Virus record (IMG/VR): IMGVR_UViG_3300028048_000054
Reading direction: 5' to 3' (one strand)
Source of the DNA: a virus
Lineage: Duplodnaviria; Caudoviricetes
DNA length: 64,000 nt
A program made the position numbers and the translations under genes. This document shows positions 37,171 to 47,400 of the stretch, piece by piece. Position 1 is the first letter of the stretch. Every line of letters starts with the position of its first letter. The notes under the pieces are model-generated. The model saw only the letters and a program-made list of their open reading frames with translations, did no database searches and had not been told where the DNA came from.

Positions 37171-38091
37171 ATGGCATATAAATTGCCGTACCCAAAGTTC
37201 AAAGTTCAGAATTTATTAAATAGAACAAGCACCTATGGGACGGCTAGAAAATTAACGTGGAAAGCGGTAAATAAGGCCGAAAATTACAATATTTATCGGT
37301 CCTATATTCCATACGGTGATTTTAAACTTTTAACTACAGTTCCAGGTACAACAACTGAGTACGTGGATGATAAAGTAGGAATCATATCTTCAAACGATTT
37401 TTCAGACTTAGAAGACTTAACTGTAAATACTTGGCGTGGGTGGTATTACAGAATGTCCGCAGTTAGGGCAGATGGGTCAGAAGGATATATTTCAGACCCT
37501 ATATCGGACCAAGAGTCAACATTATTGAATAACCCACCATTTGGTAGTTATCAAGTTGGAGATGGAAAGCAGTACTCATATTGTTCTTCATCTGATTTAC
37601 CAACAGAAGATGATACAGAGTATTTTTTAGAAATTAGAAACCGTGACTTAAATGTACTACAAAGAGATGGGCAATGGGTGTGGTACTTTAAGCAGAGAGC
37701 AGAGGGGGAGAGATGCCCATATTGGTTGGACACTCTTCATCAATGTAAACGCGGTAAAAATTGTCCTATTTGCCACGGTACAGGACTTACCCAGACTGGT
37801 TATTATGACCCAGTTAAGATATTAGTTAGACTAGTAGGTTCTGATAGAAAATTAACACAGTATAATCACGGATTACAAGTAGAGTATGTTGCACGGTCTT
37901 GGACAGTATGGACACCAATTTTAGCAAATAGAGACATTATCGTAACAAATGATGGTAGACGTTACGAAATATTAGATGTAACACCATCAATTATTCGTGG
38001 TGGTGTTATAACCCATCAAGATTTTACAGTTAAAGAAAAGATGCCCAAAGACTTCGTGTATTCATTAGAAGTACCTGGGCCATTGTACTAG
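37171..38091 (+). CDS. probable head closure/neck protein
   Basis: FN3-like N-terminus (LTWKAV...YNIYRS...YYRMSAV), C...CPICHGTG...GY, C-terminal RDIIV..DGRRYEI. Confidence 0.6.
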   Translation: MAYKLPYPKFKVQNLLNRTSTYGTARKLTWKAVNKAENYNIYRSYIPYGDFKLLTTVPGTTTEYVDDKVGIISSNDFSDLEDLTVNTWRGWYYRMSAVRADGSEGYISDPISDQESTLLNNPPFGSYQVGDGKQYSYCSSSDLPTEDDTEYFLEIRNRDLNVLQRDGQWVWYFKQRAEGERCPYWLDTLHQCKRGKNCPICHGTGLTQTGYYDPVKILVRLVGSDRKLTQYNHGLQVEYVARSWTVWTPILANRDIIVTNDGRRYEILDVTPSIIRGGVITHQDFTVKEKMPKDFVYSLEVPGPLY

Positions 38092-38094
38092 AAT

Positions 38095-38748
38095 ATGGCA
38101 AGAGAAAGTGAGGTTTTTAATAAGGAAGTAGCAACTTTTGCTACAAGTAAAATTGGTCTGACCTCATTTATACAGGACACCAATATCACATTCTTGCGCC
38201 AATATTTTAAGACGATGAAACCGATGAATACACAAAACCCAATCTACGACCAGGATATTATTGCAACCAATATTCAAGTCGAGGGTGAGTTTCCAAGAAG
38301 ACAGGTATCGTATCCTTTGGTAGTCGTGTCTACAATGAATAGGAGTCAGGACCTAATGAATAAACTGATAGGTCGAGAGTTATATACTCCTCTTTATGAT
38401 AAGACGAGCAAGAAAAAGATAGGATATTCTATGGCAGGGACATTTACTACTGGTTTCTCAATCAGTGTAGCCAGTGAGTCCACGGCAGAAAGACGGGATT
38501 TATTGGATTTAATTGTAATGCTATACAGAACTATCGGCTCTGACTACTTGAAAAAATTTAGAGTAAATATAACTGGAATGAGTTATGGCTCTGGCAGAAC
38601 CGAATTACTGGCGAATGACTTAATCTACTTTGATACATTAAATTTAACTGTACAAACAGAGTGGAAGCAAGTAATTCAAAATATACCTCTAATCACAAGT
38701 ATTAATGTTGATGAGGTGACGGTTGCAGAAGAAGAACCAATCTTTTAG
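38095..38748 (+). CDS. probable tail terminator/completion protein
   Basis: EFP...YPLVVV, ISVASESTAERRDL.D.I; immediately before the sheath. Confidence 0.6.
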   Translation: MARESEVFNKEVATFATSKIGLTSFIQDTNITFLRQYFKTMKPMNTQNPIYDQDIIATNIQVEGEFPRRQVSYPLVVVSTMNRSQDLMNKLIGRELYTPLYDKTSKKKIGYSMAGTFTTGFSISVASESTAERRDLLDLIVMLYRTIGSDYLKKFRVNITGMSYGSGRTELLANDLIYFDTLNLTVQTEWKQVIQNIPLITSINVDEVTVAEEEPIF

Positions 38749-38773
38749 GTTATTTTAAGGAGAATACTATAAT

Positions 38774-40159
38774 ATGGCTACAAATGCAGAATTGGGACGT
38801 ATGCCTGGTGTTCGTGTAAAAGAAATCTTAAATGCGGACTTAGGTATTATATCTCCCCAATTTAGAATCGCTGGGTTAGTAAGCACTTCATTCACATCAC
38901 TATTAAAAAGAGATATTGCTGTGATTCGTGGTACTGGTGACACAGATACTCTAACCGATTTTACCGCTGATGAAGTCACAAGTGTTGAGTGCATCAGCCC
39001 GTATCAAGAAGCATATGGCACACAGCGTATTAAATTAACCCCTACAACAGATTACACTGTAGAGGATAATGTAATTACTTTCACAACCGCTGGTAAAGCC
39101 AAAGTTGCTGCTGGTGATACTTATTATGTAACAGCAAAAATTTCAAAATTATCTGACCATTTCTTTGCTCCAATTGAAATGCAAAACTTTTCACAAGTTG
39201 TGAAAGAATATGGTCCAGAATATGATGCTACAAACCAAACAGTTAACTCTATGGTCGCTATGGCGCATTTGATGTTTAATGCTGGCGCAAAAAGAATTGT
39301 TTGTGTTCAAGCAAAAACAGCATCAGCACAAGACTACACAGACGCAATTGCAAAATTAGAAGAAGTAGGTGTTCAGTATGTACTCTGTTCTGGTAACAAT
39401 GTAACAGGTGTCAACGAAGCCTTATTAACACACGTTGTAAAAATGAGCACAGTTGAAAACAGTATGCCACGTGTTGGTTTCACCTCAACTGTACAACTAG
39501 AACCCACCGTAGACCAAGTGATTACAGCAGCAAATGCATTAAAATCACAAAATATGGTTTTAACTGCACCAGGTAAAGTATTGATTGTTGTTGAAGATGA
39601 AAATGGAACTTCTTATGAAAAATGGGTATCTGGTAACTATGCCAACGCTGCAATTATTGGTATGTTATGCAATCCATCAAGAAGATTGGCAACACCTTTA
39701 ACAAGAAAAGATATTACACAGTATGGTATTTTGGATGCATTTGTTCACTATAAAAAACAAGATACTGAAAAAATGGCTGCCAATGGTGTTAACGTATTAT
39801 TACAGAGAAAATCTTCTAATACAATTGTGGTAAACCAAGGTTTGACTACAGATAACACTAACTATGGTTCATACTATTTGAACATTGTATGCTGCAAATA
39901 TGAAGTTGCAAGATTATTACAAGCATACTTAGACGAAACTTTTGTTGGTACTGAAATCTTAGAAGATACAGTATCATTAGTACAAAGTTCAATTAGAAAT
40001 ACGCTGGATGGGTTTAAAGGGTTATATTTAAATAACTACAAAGACCTTTCAGTAACACGCGATGCCGATATTCCAACGAAACTCAATGTAAGATTCAAAA
40101 TGAGTGGTATCTTTGGATTGGACTACATCGATATGGAATTTAGCGTGTACGTTCAATAA
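38774..40159 (+). CDS. tail sheath protein
   Basis: N-terminal PGVRVKE, YTDAI.KL, GVNVL...QGLTT, C-terminal PT.LNVRF...LDYI. Confidence 0.88.
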   Translation: MATNAELGRMPGVRVKEILNADLGIISPQFRIAGLVSTSFTSLLKRDIAVIRGTGDTDTLTDFTADEVTSVECISPYQEAYGTQRIKLTPTTDYTVEDNVITFTTAGKAKVAAGDTYYVTAKISKLSDHFFAPIEMQNFSQVVKEYGPEYDATNQTVNSMVAMAHLMFNAGAKRIVCVQAKTASAQDYTDAIAKLEEVGVQYVLCSGNNVTGVNEALLTHVVKMSTVENSMPRVGFTSTVQLEPTVDQVITAANALKSQNMVLTAPGKVLIVVEDENGTSYEKWVSGNYANAAIIGMLCNPSRRLATPLTRKDITQYGILDAFVHYKKQDTEKMAANGVNVLLQRKSSNTIVVNQGLTTDNTNYGSYYLNIVCCKYEVARLLQAYLDETFVGTEILEDTVSLVQSSIRNTLDGFKGLYLNNYKDLSVTRDADIPTKLNVRFKMSGIFGLDYIDMEFSVYVQ

Positions 40160-40179
40160 GGATTTAGAGGAGATTTACA

Positions 40180-40773
40180 ATGCAAGTAGATTATACATAT
40201 GCTCCAGACCCATATAATGAAGACGGCAAAGTAATGTTAATGTCTGCTCTGAAATTATATGCAGAAGTCTTAAACAAAGATACATCAAAAACACTCGTAC
40301 CAATTGGTATGGCAAATTCAATGGACGTAGATGAAAGAAGACAAGTTATCTATAACTTCGTAATTGGTAACAGAGACCCATCTACAGCCAGAGACTTAAT
40401 TGCTGGTCCTGTTGAACAAAGTACATTGTCAGTGGGCACAATCGTTATGTACAAAGCCAACTTGATTGGTTTAGTATCAGAAGATGCTAAAGCCCCACAC
40501 GTACAAGGTGCAAGATACTCAGCATCAATTCGTTCACAGACAAGACCATTCACAATGATTGAAACTTGGACGAACCCAGCAACAGAACAAGTTGTATTAA
40601 CCCAATCTTATATGGGTTGTATGATTGAGTCCTGCCGTAAACAAAGAAGTATGCAAAATACAGACTGGCGTGTTCTTGAAGATTTAGTAATTCACTTCAA
40701 AACAACCAAACTGGAAATTAACCAAGATGCTATCAACGACCCATCTCTTGGGAACCTTGAATTAGAAGCATAA
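40180..40773 (+). CDS. tail tube protein
   Basis: Follows the sheath; IG...S.D...R, YMGC.I.S, beta-rich. Confidence 0.75.
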   Translation: MQVDYTYAPDPYNEDGKVMLMSALKLYAEVLNKDTSKTLVPIGMANSMDVDERRQVIYNFVIGNRDPSTARDLIAGPVEQSTLSVGTIVMYKANLIGLVSEDAKAPHVQGARYSASIRSQTRPFTMIETWTNPATEQVVLTQSYMGCMIESCRKQRSMQNTDWRVLEDLVIHFKTTKLEINQDAINDPSLGNLELEA

Positions 40774-40794
40774 TAGATAGTATTTTCAAACCTA

Positions 40795-40827
40795 AGCACC
40801 CTCACTTATGTGGGGGTGTTCTGTTTT
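40795..40827 (+). terminator. Rho-independent terminator
   Basis: AGCACCCUCAC-UUAU-GUGGGGGUGUU followed by CUGUUUU. Confidence 0.75.
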
Positions 40828-40828
40828 G

Positions 40829-40849
40829 GTATACATTTTGGCATTTAGT
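40829..40849 (+). promoter_or_regulatory. putative phage late promoter motif
   Basis: GTATACA-TTTTG-GCATTTAGT immediately after the terminator. Confidence 0.65.
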
Positions 40850-40878
40850 GTAAGACATTATATTATGAGGTGAACTGA

Positions 40879-41271
40879 ATGGATAGTTTATTAAGTTTAT
40901 TTAAGGCTGAGCCCTTTAAGAAAGAGTACGAAATTAACGGGGTAAAAGTAACACTCCGTATGTTGAGCAGAAAAGAGTATGATGATATTATGAGTCGTGC
41001 AAGTATTTCCGCCGATGATTTAGTATCAAAAGAAGCATTACTTAGAAGACCCATTCTTGGTTATTCATTACAAGACATCAATGGTGTTAGTGTAAAGGAT
41101 ATTCCAGAAGTCAAAGCAGTTTTAGATAAAAATCCAAACTTACCCTTAAACCTTGCTGTAGAACAGGTATTGGGTGATTTTGATGCATTTTTAATTGATG
41201 GTCTATATGCTTTATACAATACTCTAATAGAAGATGACGAAAAAAATAGAGAAGAACTAAAAAAAGATTAG
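40879..41271 (+). CDS. tail assembly chaperone (gpG-like)
   Basis: VTLRMLSRKE motif; between tube and tape measure; ends at CTA AAA AAA GAT TAG. Confidence 0.75.
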   Translation: MDSLLSLFKAEPFKKEYEINGVKVTLRMLSRKEYDDIMSRASISADDLVSKEALLRRPILGYSLQDINGVSVKDIPEVKAVLDKNPNLPLNLAVEQVLGDFDAFLIDGLYALYNTLIEDDEKNREELKKD

Positions 41272-41627
41272 GTAGTAAGTTTGGGCGTTCATTATGGCAA
41301 CTTTTTAAAGTCATAGGGAATGTACCAGACTTTATCAACTTTATTTCAGACGAGACCCTTCTTGGTTGGGCTACCGATAACATACAGAAAGATTGGGACG
41401 ATGATGCACGCGAGTGGGAATTGAAGTTCGATGCTGTAAAGCCTTGGCTAAATCCTCAAATGTATGATTATATGGAAAAACAAAAGAAGAGAAAAGAGGA
41501 ACTGAAATCAATGGCAGCAAGTGTTCTTAAAATTGATAGTAAGAAAGTTGTTGTTAAAAACGCCTTTGAAGATGAGTTACGCAAGATGGGTATGACTGAA
41601 GAACAAATTAAGAGTATAAATAGTTAA
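41259..41627 (+). CDS. -1 frameshift extension of the tail chaperone (gpGT-like)
   Basis: Slippery A AAA AAA G at 41259-41266. The -1 frame is open (RLGSKFGRSLWQLFK...) and runs into ORF 41421..41627. Confidence 0.75.
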   Translation, partial: KKRLGSKFGRSLWQLFKVIGNVPDFINFISDETLLGWATDNIQKDWDDDAREWELKFDAVKPWLNPQMYDYMEKQKKRKEELKSMAASVLKIDSKKVVVKNAFEDELRKMGMTEEQIKSINS

Positions 41628-41629
41628 TT

Positions 41630-43582
41630 ATGGCCGACCAAACTACAACTGTTACAGACCAAGATTCATTACAGACAGCATTATCACAGTTAGCATTAGG
41701 TGTTAAAGAAACATCTGATGCTTTACGTGCCAATTCTGAAGTTGGAACTTTGCTTGCAAATGTGTTATCCACTACTATGGATGAGAAGACACGCAACAGA
41801 GTTTTAGATATTGCTACTGACCCAAGACTGTCTCGTAGAGATAGACGTATTGCTACACGCGATGCGATGGCCACCCATATTAGTAAATTAGCCAACTCAT
41901 TTAAGGGATTTACAACAACTAATACTTATTTAGCAAAAAATAATGGGTTGTTACAAAAGTTGGTGACAACAGTTGAGGCATTACATAGTAGTGTTAGTTC
42001 GGTAGCAAAAAAAACAACAAGCCAGACACCTAGTGTACAAACGTCTAGTGGTTCACAAAAAAAATCTTTATATCAACAGAGAAGAAAACGTGAATCAGAA
42101 GAAGATAGACGTATAAATTACGCTGCTCGTAAAATTAATAGAAATTTTGCTAGAAATCCTTTATTGCGTACACTATTACCAAATAGTGTTGCACGGTATG
42201 CTCGTGGTTTTGCTGCTACAAGTGATTCAATGAGATTACTTGGTAGAGGTTTGAGAGCACGTGGCCACACAACAACAGGTAATTTTCTTGTCAATTCAGG
42301 AAAATCGTTAGGAAGATTGGCTGGTGGTGCTGCTGGAGCATCTTTTGGGGCTATGGCTGCGGTTGGTGGAATAGCAGTGTTAGCGGCAATAGCGGTTATG
42401 GTTGCTAAACGTGCAATGACATCCTATTCTTCAGTTCTAAAAATGCAAGGTAGAACTGGAGATAATAGATATAATTTATGGGGTCAGACTCTATTAGAAT
42501 TTAAAGCGGGAACGTGGGGCTATTCACAAAAAGATGTAGCAAAAAAGCAAATGGAGTTTGCTAAAGCAGGGTTTACAGAGACAGCAGACACAGGGATTTT
42601 AGAAAGTGGTCTTCGGTCAGAAAAATATTTTGGTGTTGACAATACGGCACAGTATTTTCAGACATTGAGACGTTCAACGGATGCTATACGACGGTATGGA
42701 AGCGACTTAGGTAAAGAATTTTTTAGTTTAAGAACAATTGTACGTAATACTGGTATGGGGTTGGAAGAACTGCAACAACATCAGACTGGTTTTATGGAAT
42801 CCTTTAAGGGTGCTACAACACCATTTCAACTTGGGCAATTAGATGCTTTGATGTCTAATTTTAAGGATTTATTAACCAGTAAGGAAACGACTGGAACAGA
42901 ATTGGCATCATTTTATAATGCAAACCAAAGAGTAGATACAAACACTATGTTAACATCTGCCTGGTTTGCAGAACGGGGTGGATATAAATTTAGAAATCAA
43001 AATGGAGATTTGTTAGATAAAGCCTTTGAATTACGCCATATGGGTTCTGGTGACCTTGCAGGAAGAGCCAGAGCATTTCAGGCAGAATTAAAGGGTATTT
43101 ATAATCAATTTGGTGTTTCAAAATTTAGTCAATTAAGTGGTAGCCAAAAGTTTATTGTAACTGAACAATTAATGCCACAGTTATTAGGTATTGATGCTTC
43201 AAAACTCCCCTCTATTGATACGTTTATGTCCAGATTTGATAGAGGTGCTGGAATAACTGGCATAGATAAAGATACTGAAGACCAAATTAAGAAAGCACAA
43301 GAAACAGATACAGATAGAATAGTTCAAAAAATGTCTTTATTGGAAAATCCATTAAATACAATTGCCAATATTATTATGAGATGGGCTACTTTCAATGTGC
43401 TTGGTGCTCGCAGTTATGTTAAAGATGCAGAAAGAAAAGCAAATGATGAAAAAGGAAAGCAGACCGTGCAAGATTTTGCAGTATCTGTTTATAACTTGAC
43501 AGATGAAAAATTAGCAGTAAAAAAGGGTAAACCAGGTCAAAAGGCACAAGTAGTCGAAAAGATACAAGGTGGAACTAAATAA
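41630..43582 (+). CDS. tape measure protein
   Basis: Directly after the frameshifted chaperones; helical with a Gly/Ala hydrophobic stretch. Confidence 0.7.
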   Translation: MADQTTTVTDQDSLQTALSQLALGVKETSDALRANSEVGTLLANVLSTTMDEKTRNRVLDIATDPRLSRRDRRIATRDAMATHISKLANSFKGFTTTNTYLAKNNGLLQKLVTTVEALHSSVSSVAKKTTSQTPSVQTSSGSQKKSLYQQRRKRESEEDRRINYAARKINRNFARNPLLRTLLPNSVARYARGFAATSDSMRLLGRGLRARGHTTTGNFLVNSGKSLGRLAGGAAGASFGAMAAVGGIAVLAAIAVMVAKRAMTSYSSVLKMQGRTGDNRYNLWGQTLLEFKAGTWGYSQKDVAKKQMEFAKAGFTETADTGILESGLRSEKYFGVDNTAQYFQTLRRSTDAIRRYGSDLGKEFFSLRTIVRNTGMGLEELQQHQTGFMESFKGATTPFQLGQLDALMSNFKDLLTSKETTGTELASFYNANQRVDTNTMLTSAWFAERGGYKFRNQNGDLLDKAFELRHMGSGDLAGRARAFQAELKGIYNQFGVSKFSQLSGSQKFIVTEQLMPQLLGIDASKLPSIDTFMSRFDRGAGITGIDKDTEDQIKKAQETDTDRIVQKMSLLENPLNTIANIIMRWATFNVLGARSYVKDAERKANDEKGKQTVQDFAVSVYNLTDEKLAVKKGKPGQKAQVVEKIQGGTK

Positions 43583-44430
43583 TGAGTATAACAACTAATA
43601 TAATGGGTAATGAACACGCATATCAATTTATAATTGGTAATACAAAATTGCCATTTTTCTATATGCCATATGAGAACCCAAATATTATGGAAATCACCAA
43701 CAAGAAAGAGTATAACAGAACTCAAACTATTGGTGGACAAGCCTTTGAACACTGGGGTGAACAACCAGCATTAATGCACGTTTCGATGCGTATTAGAAAA
43801 AATAGTTATTCTGGTAATATTATTGGTTTGTACAACGATAAAAAATACGATTTAGAAGACCCTATGTTCTGTACAGAATTAGAAGTTATGCAGATGATGT
43901 ATAAAATGGACAGACGTAAATTGAGATGGAACATAGGTGATGCGTCCTGGTTAGGTGGTAGTGGAATTTCAAATAAAACATCAGGTATGAAAAGTTCTGT
44001 ATTAAGTGTTGCCACAGGTGCTGTTGGGAATGTTATAACACCAGCAAAGACATTAAATACTTCATCTTTTACATTTACAAAAGAAAGTGATATACTGTCA
44101 GGCACTGCTGCTACATCACAGGAAAAAGGAACCAACTTTTTGAATAATTTATCTGATACTATTATTATTTTTAAGAATGAAATTTACTCTGGTTTTTTTA
44201 CAAATTTTAAAGTCACAGAGGATGGTTCATTTCCATTTGTTAATGTTGTTACTTTTGATTTTACAATAACTCATACACTCCGTGATTCAATGTATGAGGG
44301 GTTGGCAAATGGGTCTGTTGGTAGACACATACTTGCTGGACTTGGTTTGGTTACCACAGCAACCGCAGCAGGATATGCTATTGACTCAATTACTTCTGGT
44401 GCACAATCTATTGTTGATGGTATTATTTAA
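43582..44430 (+). CDS. tail tube initiator / baseplate hub-associated protein
   Basis: NP......K..NRTQTIGG..FEHWGEQ and YSGFF.NF.V.ED...PF...FDF. Confidence 0.6.
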   Translation: MSITTNIMGNEHAYQFIIGNTKLPFFYMPYENPNIMEITNKKEYNRTQTIGGQAFEHWGEQPALMHVSMRIRKNSYSGNIIGLYNDKKYDLEDPMFCTELEVMQMMYKMDRRKLRWNIGDASWLGGSGISNKTSGMKSSVLSVATGAVGNVITPAKTLNTSSFTFTKESDILSGTAATSQEKGTNFLNNLSDTIIIFKNEIYSGFFTNFKVTEDGSFPFVNVVTFDFTITHTLRDSMYEGLANGSVGRHILAGLGLVTTATAAGYAIDSITSGAQSIVDGII

Positions 44431-47400
44431 TGGCTTATATTGAAAAAAGTTTGAATACAGCACATTTCACTAGACCAGCGGTTGTATTATTTAAGAAACC
44501 GCTTGCTACTAATGAAGAAATGACCGCCGAATTGGAGAAACTTATAGGTGATGCGTATCCTATGGAAACGCATACACTGACCAGTTATTCTGGTAAAGGG
44601 AATCCAAAGGCGATTTTTTATTGTGTTTCTACAGGTGCTTATAAGGTAGTCAACTATGATGAGAACGCCTATTTCCATATTATTGATTATAAGGATACCA
44701 AAGAAAACATACTTTCTAAAAAAATAGATTTTGATTTAGCAACAGCAAAGGCACCTGTTATTAATTCTTCATTTAGACGTAAGTTGTGGAAAACGGCTGT
44801 GGACTCTGTTTCACTTGCAAATCCAGCGACTGCTTTACCATATATTATTGGTATTTTTCTTAAAAAGAGTACTACAACAATACTTCAAAACACGGGCAAA
44901 ATACTTACTAATGACTTTTTAAAAGAAGCAATAGATAAGTATTATGATGGTGTTGATAAGGAATCAGAAGATTCTTTAACAAATACTCTTAATAGAACGT
45001 GGTATGTATTTTCACTTGATGATGATTATTATGTTCCTGAAATTAAATATAATGTGAAAGAAACATTAGGAACCAATTATCAAGAAGAACACTATGTAGA
45101 ACACGGACCAGCAGGGGTAGAGAGTACAGCAAAAGTTCCAGAATCATTTGGAACTACTGGGTATGGTATATCTACATTGGACACACACGTTGTACAATCT
45201 ACTTGTTCTTTAACTAAAAATGCGTTTATTCGTTCCGCAGCATTTGCTAGAAACCGAGAGAAATTAATTGAAATTTTTGCAAAATATAAAATATTGAGTA
45301 TCTATCAAGTAGTACTTCAAGAATCTGTAGATTGCAAAGATATTACAAAAGTTACTTATAAGCAGGCATTAGATGATTTTAATAATTATATGAAAAATGC
45401 TAATGCCAAGGCATTTGCTGAATTTAATTGTGAAATTGCAACATTTTACAATAGTATGTATAATAAGTACTCTTTTAGAGCAGAGTATTATAAAGCAACT
45501 GATGAAAAAAACTTTCGTATTATAGATAAGTTTTCTGCGTCAGCATCAAAGTTCCTTTCAACTGATAAATATAAAATTAAAGTAACCACATTGTTTCCAG
45601 AGTTAAACAGAGACCTACTACTTGCGATGAACCCTAAAATTGCAAACGGTGTGGAATATCCTTTGTCTGCATTTAAAGGTGCTTTTAGGTCATTATATAA
45701 CTTGTCATATTATGTGGACTCAGAAGGTGGTAACTCAAAAGTTGGTTACATAGTATTTACAGAGTCAGACACATTTAGAGATGCTGTGGACGCTTATTAC
45801 TTTCTAGCAGAACGTATTAATAGAAGTATAAATGCTGTAGATGCAAAGACAGAACAGCAGTTGTTAAAGTATTATAATGTAAGTGCGGAATTTCCATTAA
45901 GATATAAATATCAAGAACTTACGACAGGTTCTATGATGGCTATTTCAGCAAGTGTATTAAAAGATGACTATAATACTTATGGAAGTGACCAAAAAGAACA
46001 AAAAGTACATATTAATGACAATAATGCGGTACAGCCAACTGGTATTAGGAAGTCCAATACAATTCAGTTTAGAGCATTTTTGGAATCAATGAACCGTGGA
46101 AGAATAGGAACACGTGAAAGCACCACAATAACCTATACGTCACGTAAGATGGGTGGTTTTAATCCACTTATGATTGATTTTAAATTAATGTACTATATGA
46201 TGATAAAGTACAATGTTGTATTACCAAAGTATAATAAATTGGAACCTGAATTTATACACGGAAATAATTCTAATAGTACAGTACGTATGTTTCCAATTAA
46301 CTTTTTTACTGCTACTGGAAAGTTAGAGTCTGGTACATTTTCTAATATTTCTGGTATAAGTAGGAAACAAAAAAATTCAGATGGAACCACCAATTATGCT
46401 TTTGATTTTGAGTCAATTAAAAAACTTCCCATAAAAGATAAAAAACGTCTAGTTTCTATGTATGAGAGCGTGTACTATGGTGGTTGGGCTGGGTTTTATT
46501 ATACTAATGCCACAACTTACTCAGAAGATATTGCACCATATTATAATACACAATTGTCTGATGAAGTACTTACTACTATTCAGGAAGTATTAAACGAAGA
46601 AGATGAAAGTAACTATACTGAAAAATTCAGTCCACTAACAGACTTTACAGATTTTAGATATTTAACTGAATTAAACGATGTTAAAAATTCAGATGTGTCT
46701 GATATTGTTGTTTCGCGCCAAACAATGGGCAAAAGTCAGGCTACAATTACTCTAAAGAATAATGATAATAAATATGTGTTCAAAGATGGTATATTTAAAG
46801 GTGAGTGTATATTTGAACCTATGGACGAGGTGAGTATTTACTTACCAACAACCAGCGGTGGACTCACACTGTCATTTACAGGATTTTTAGACTCTACAGA
46901 TGTTGCATCAACTAATGGTTATAATATGATTAGTTTGCAATGTTCGTGCCCTATTAAGTTATTGGAAATTAATCGTACAAATGTGAAACCTTCTATGTCT
47001 GGTGGTCTTGAAGCAGACTATGCACCATTAAACCCATTTTTAGTTCCACCAAAGATGATGGAGTCTATGGAAAAGTGGGTCCCATTTATGTTTGTCCAAC
47101 CACTAACATATATGACTTCTATGTTGGGTGATATTACTTCACCAGAATCAACTTATACTTATAAAACAGTTGAGTTAGCAAGTGAGGGCGGATACCATAT
47201 TTTTGGACCTAAATTTGAGGACGATTTATTACAGTACTTGTGGTCACGTAGAAGCCAACATATAAAAGATTCTGAAGCAGCGAATTTAGCACTTAAAAAT
47301 TTAATTGATAAATATACTGATACGGTAACTTACAAAAATGGTGAAGAGTTAGGTAGTGAGAAACCAGAACCTGGTATCAAAGACTTGCAAGAGAAGTATT

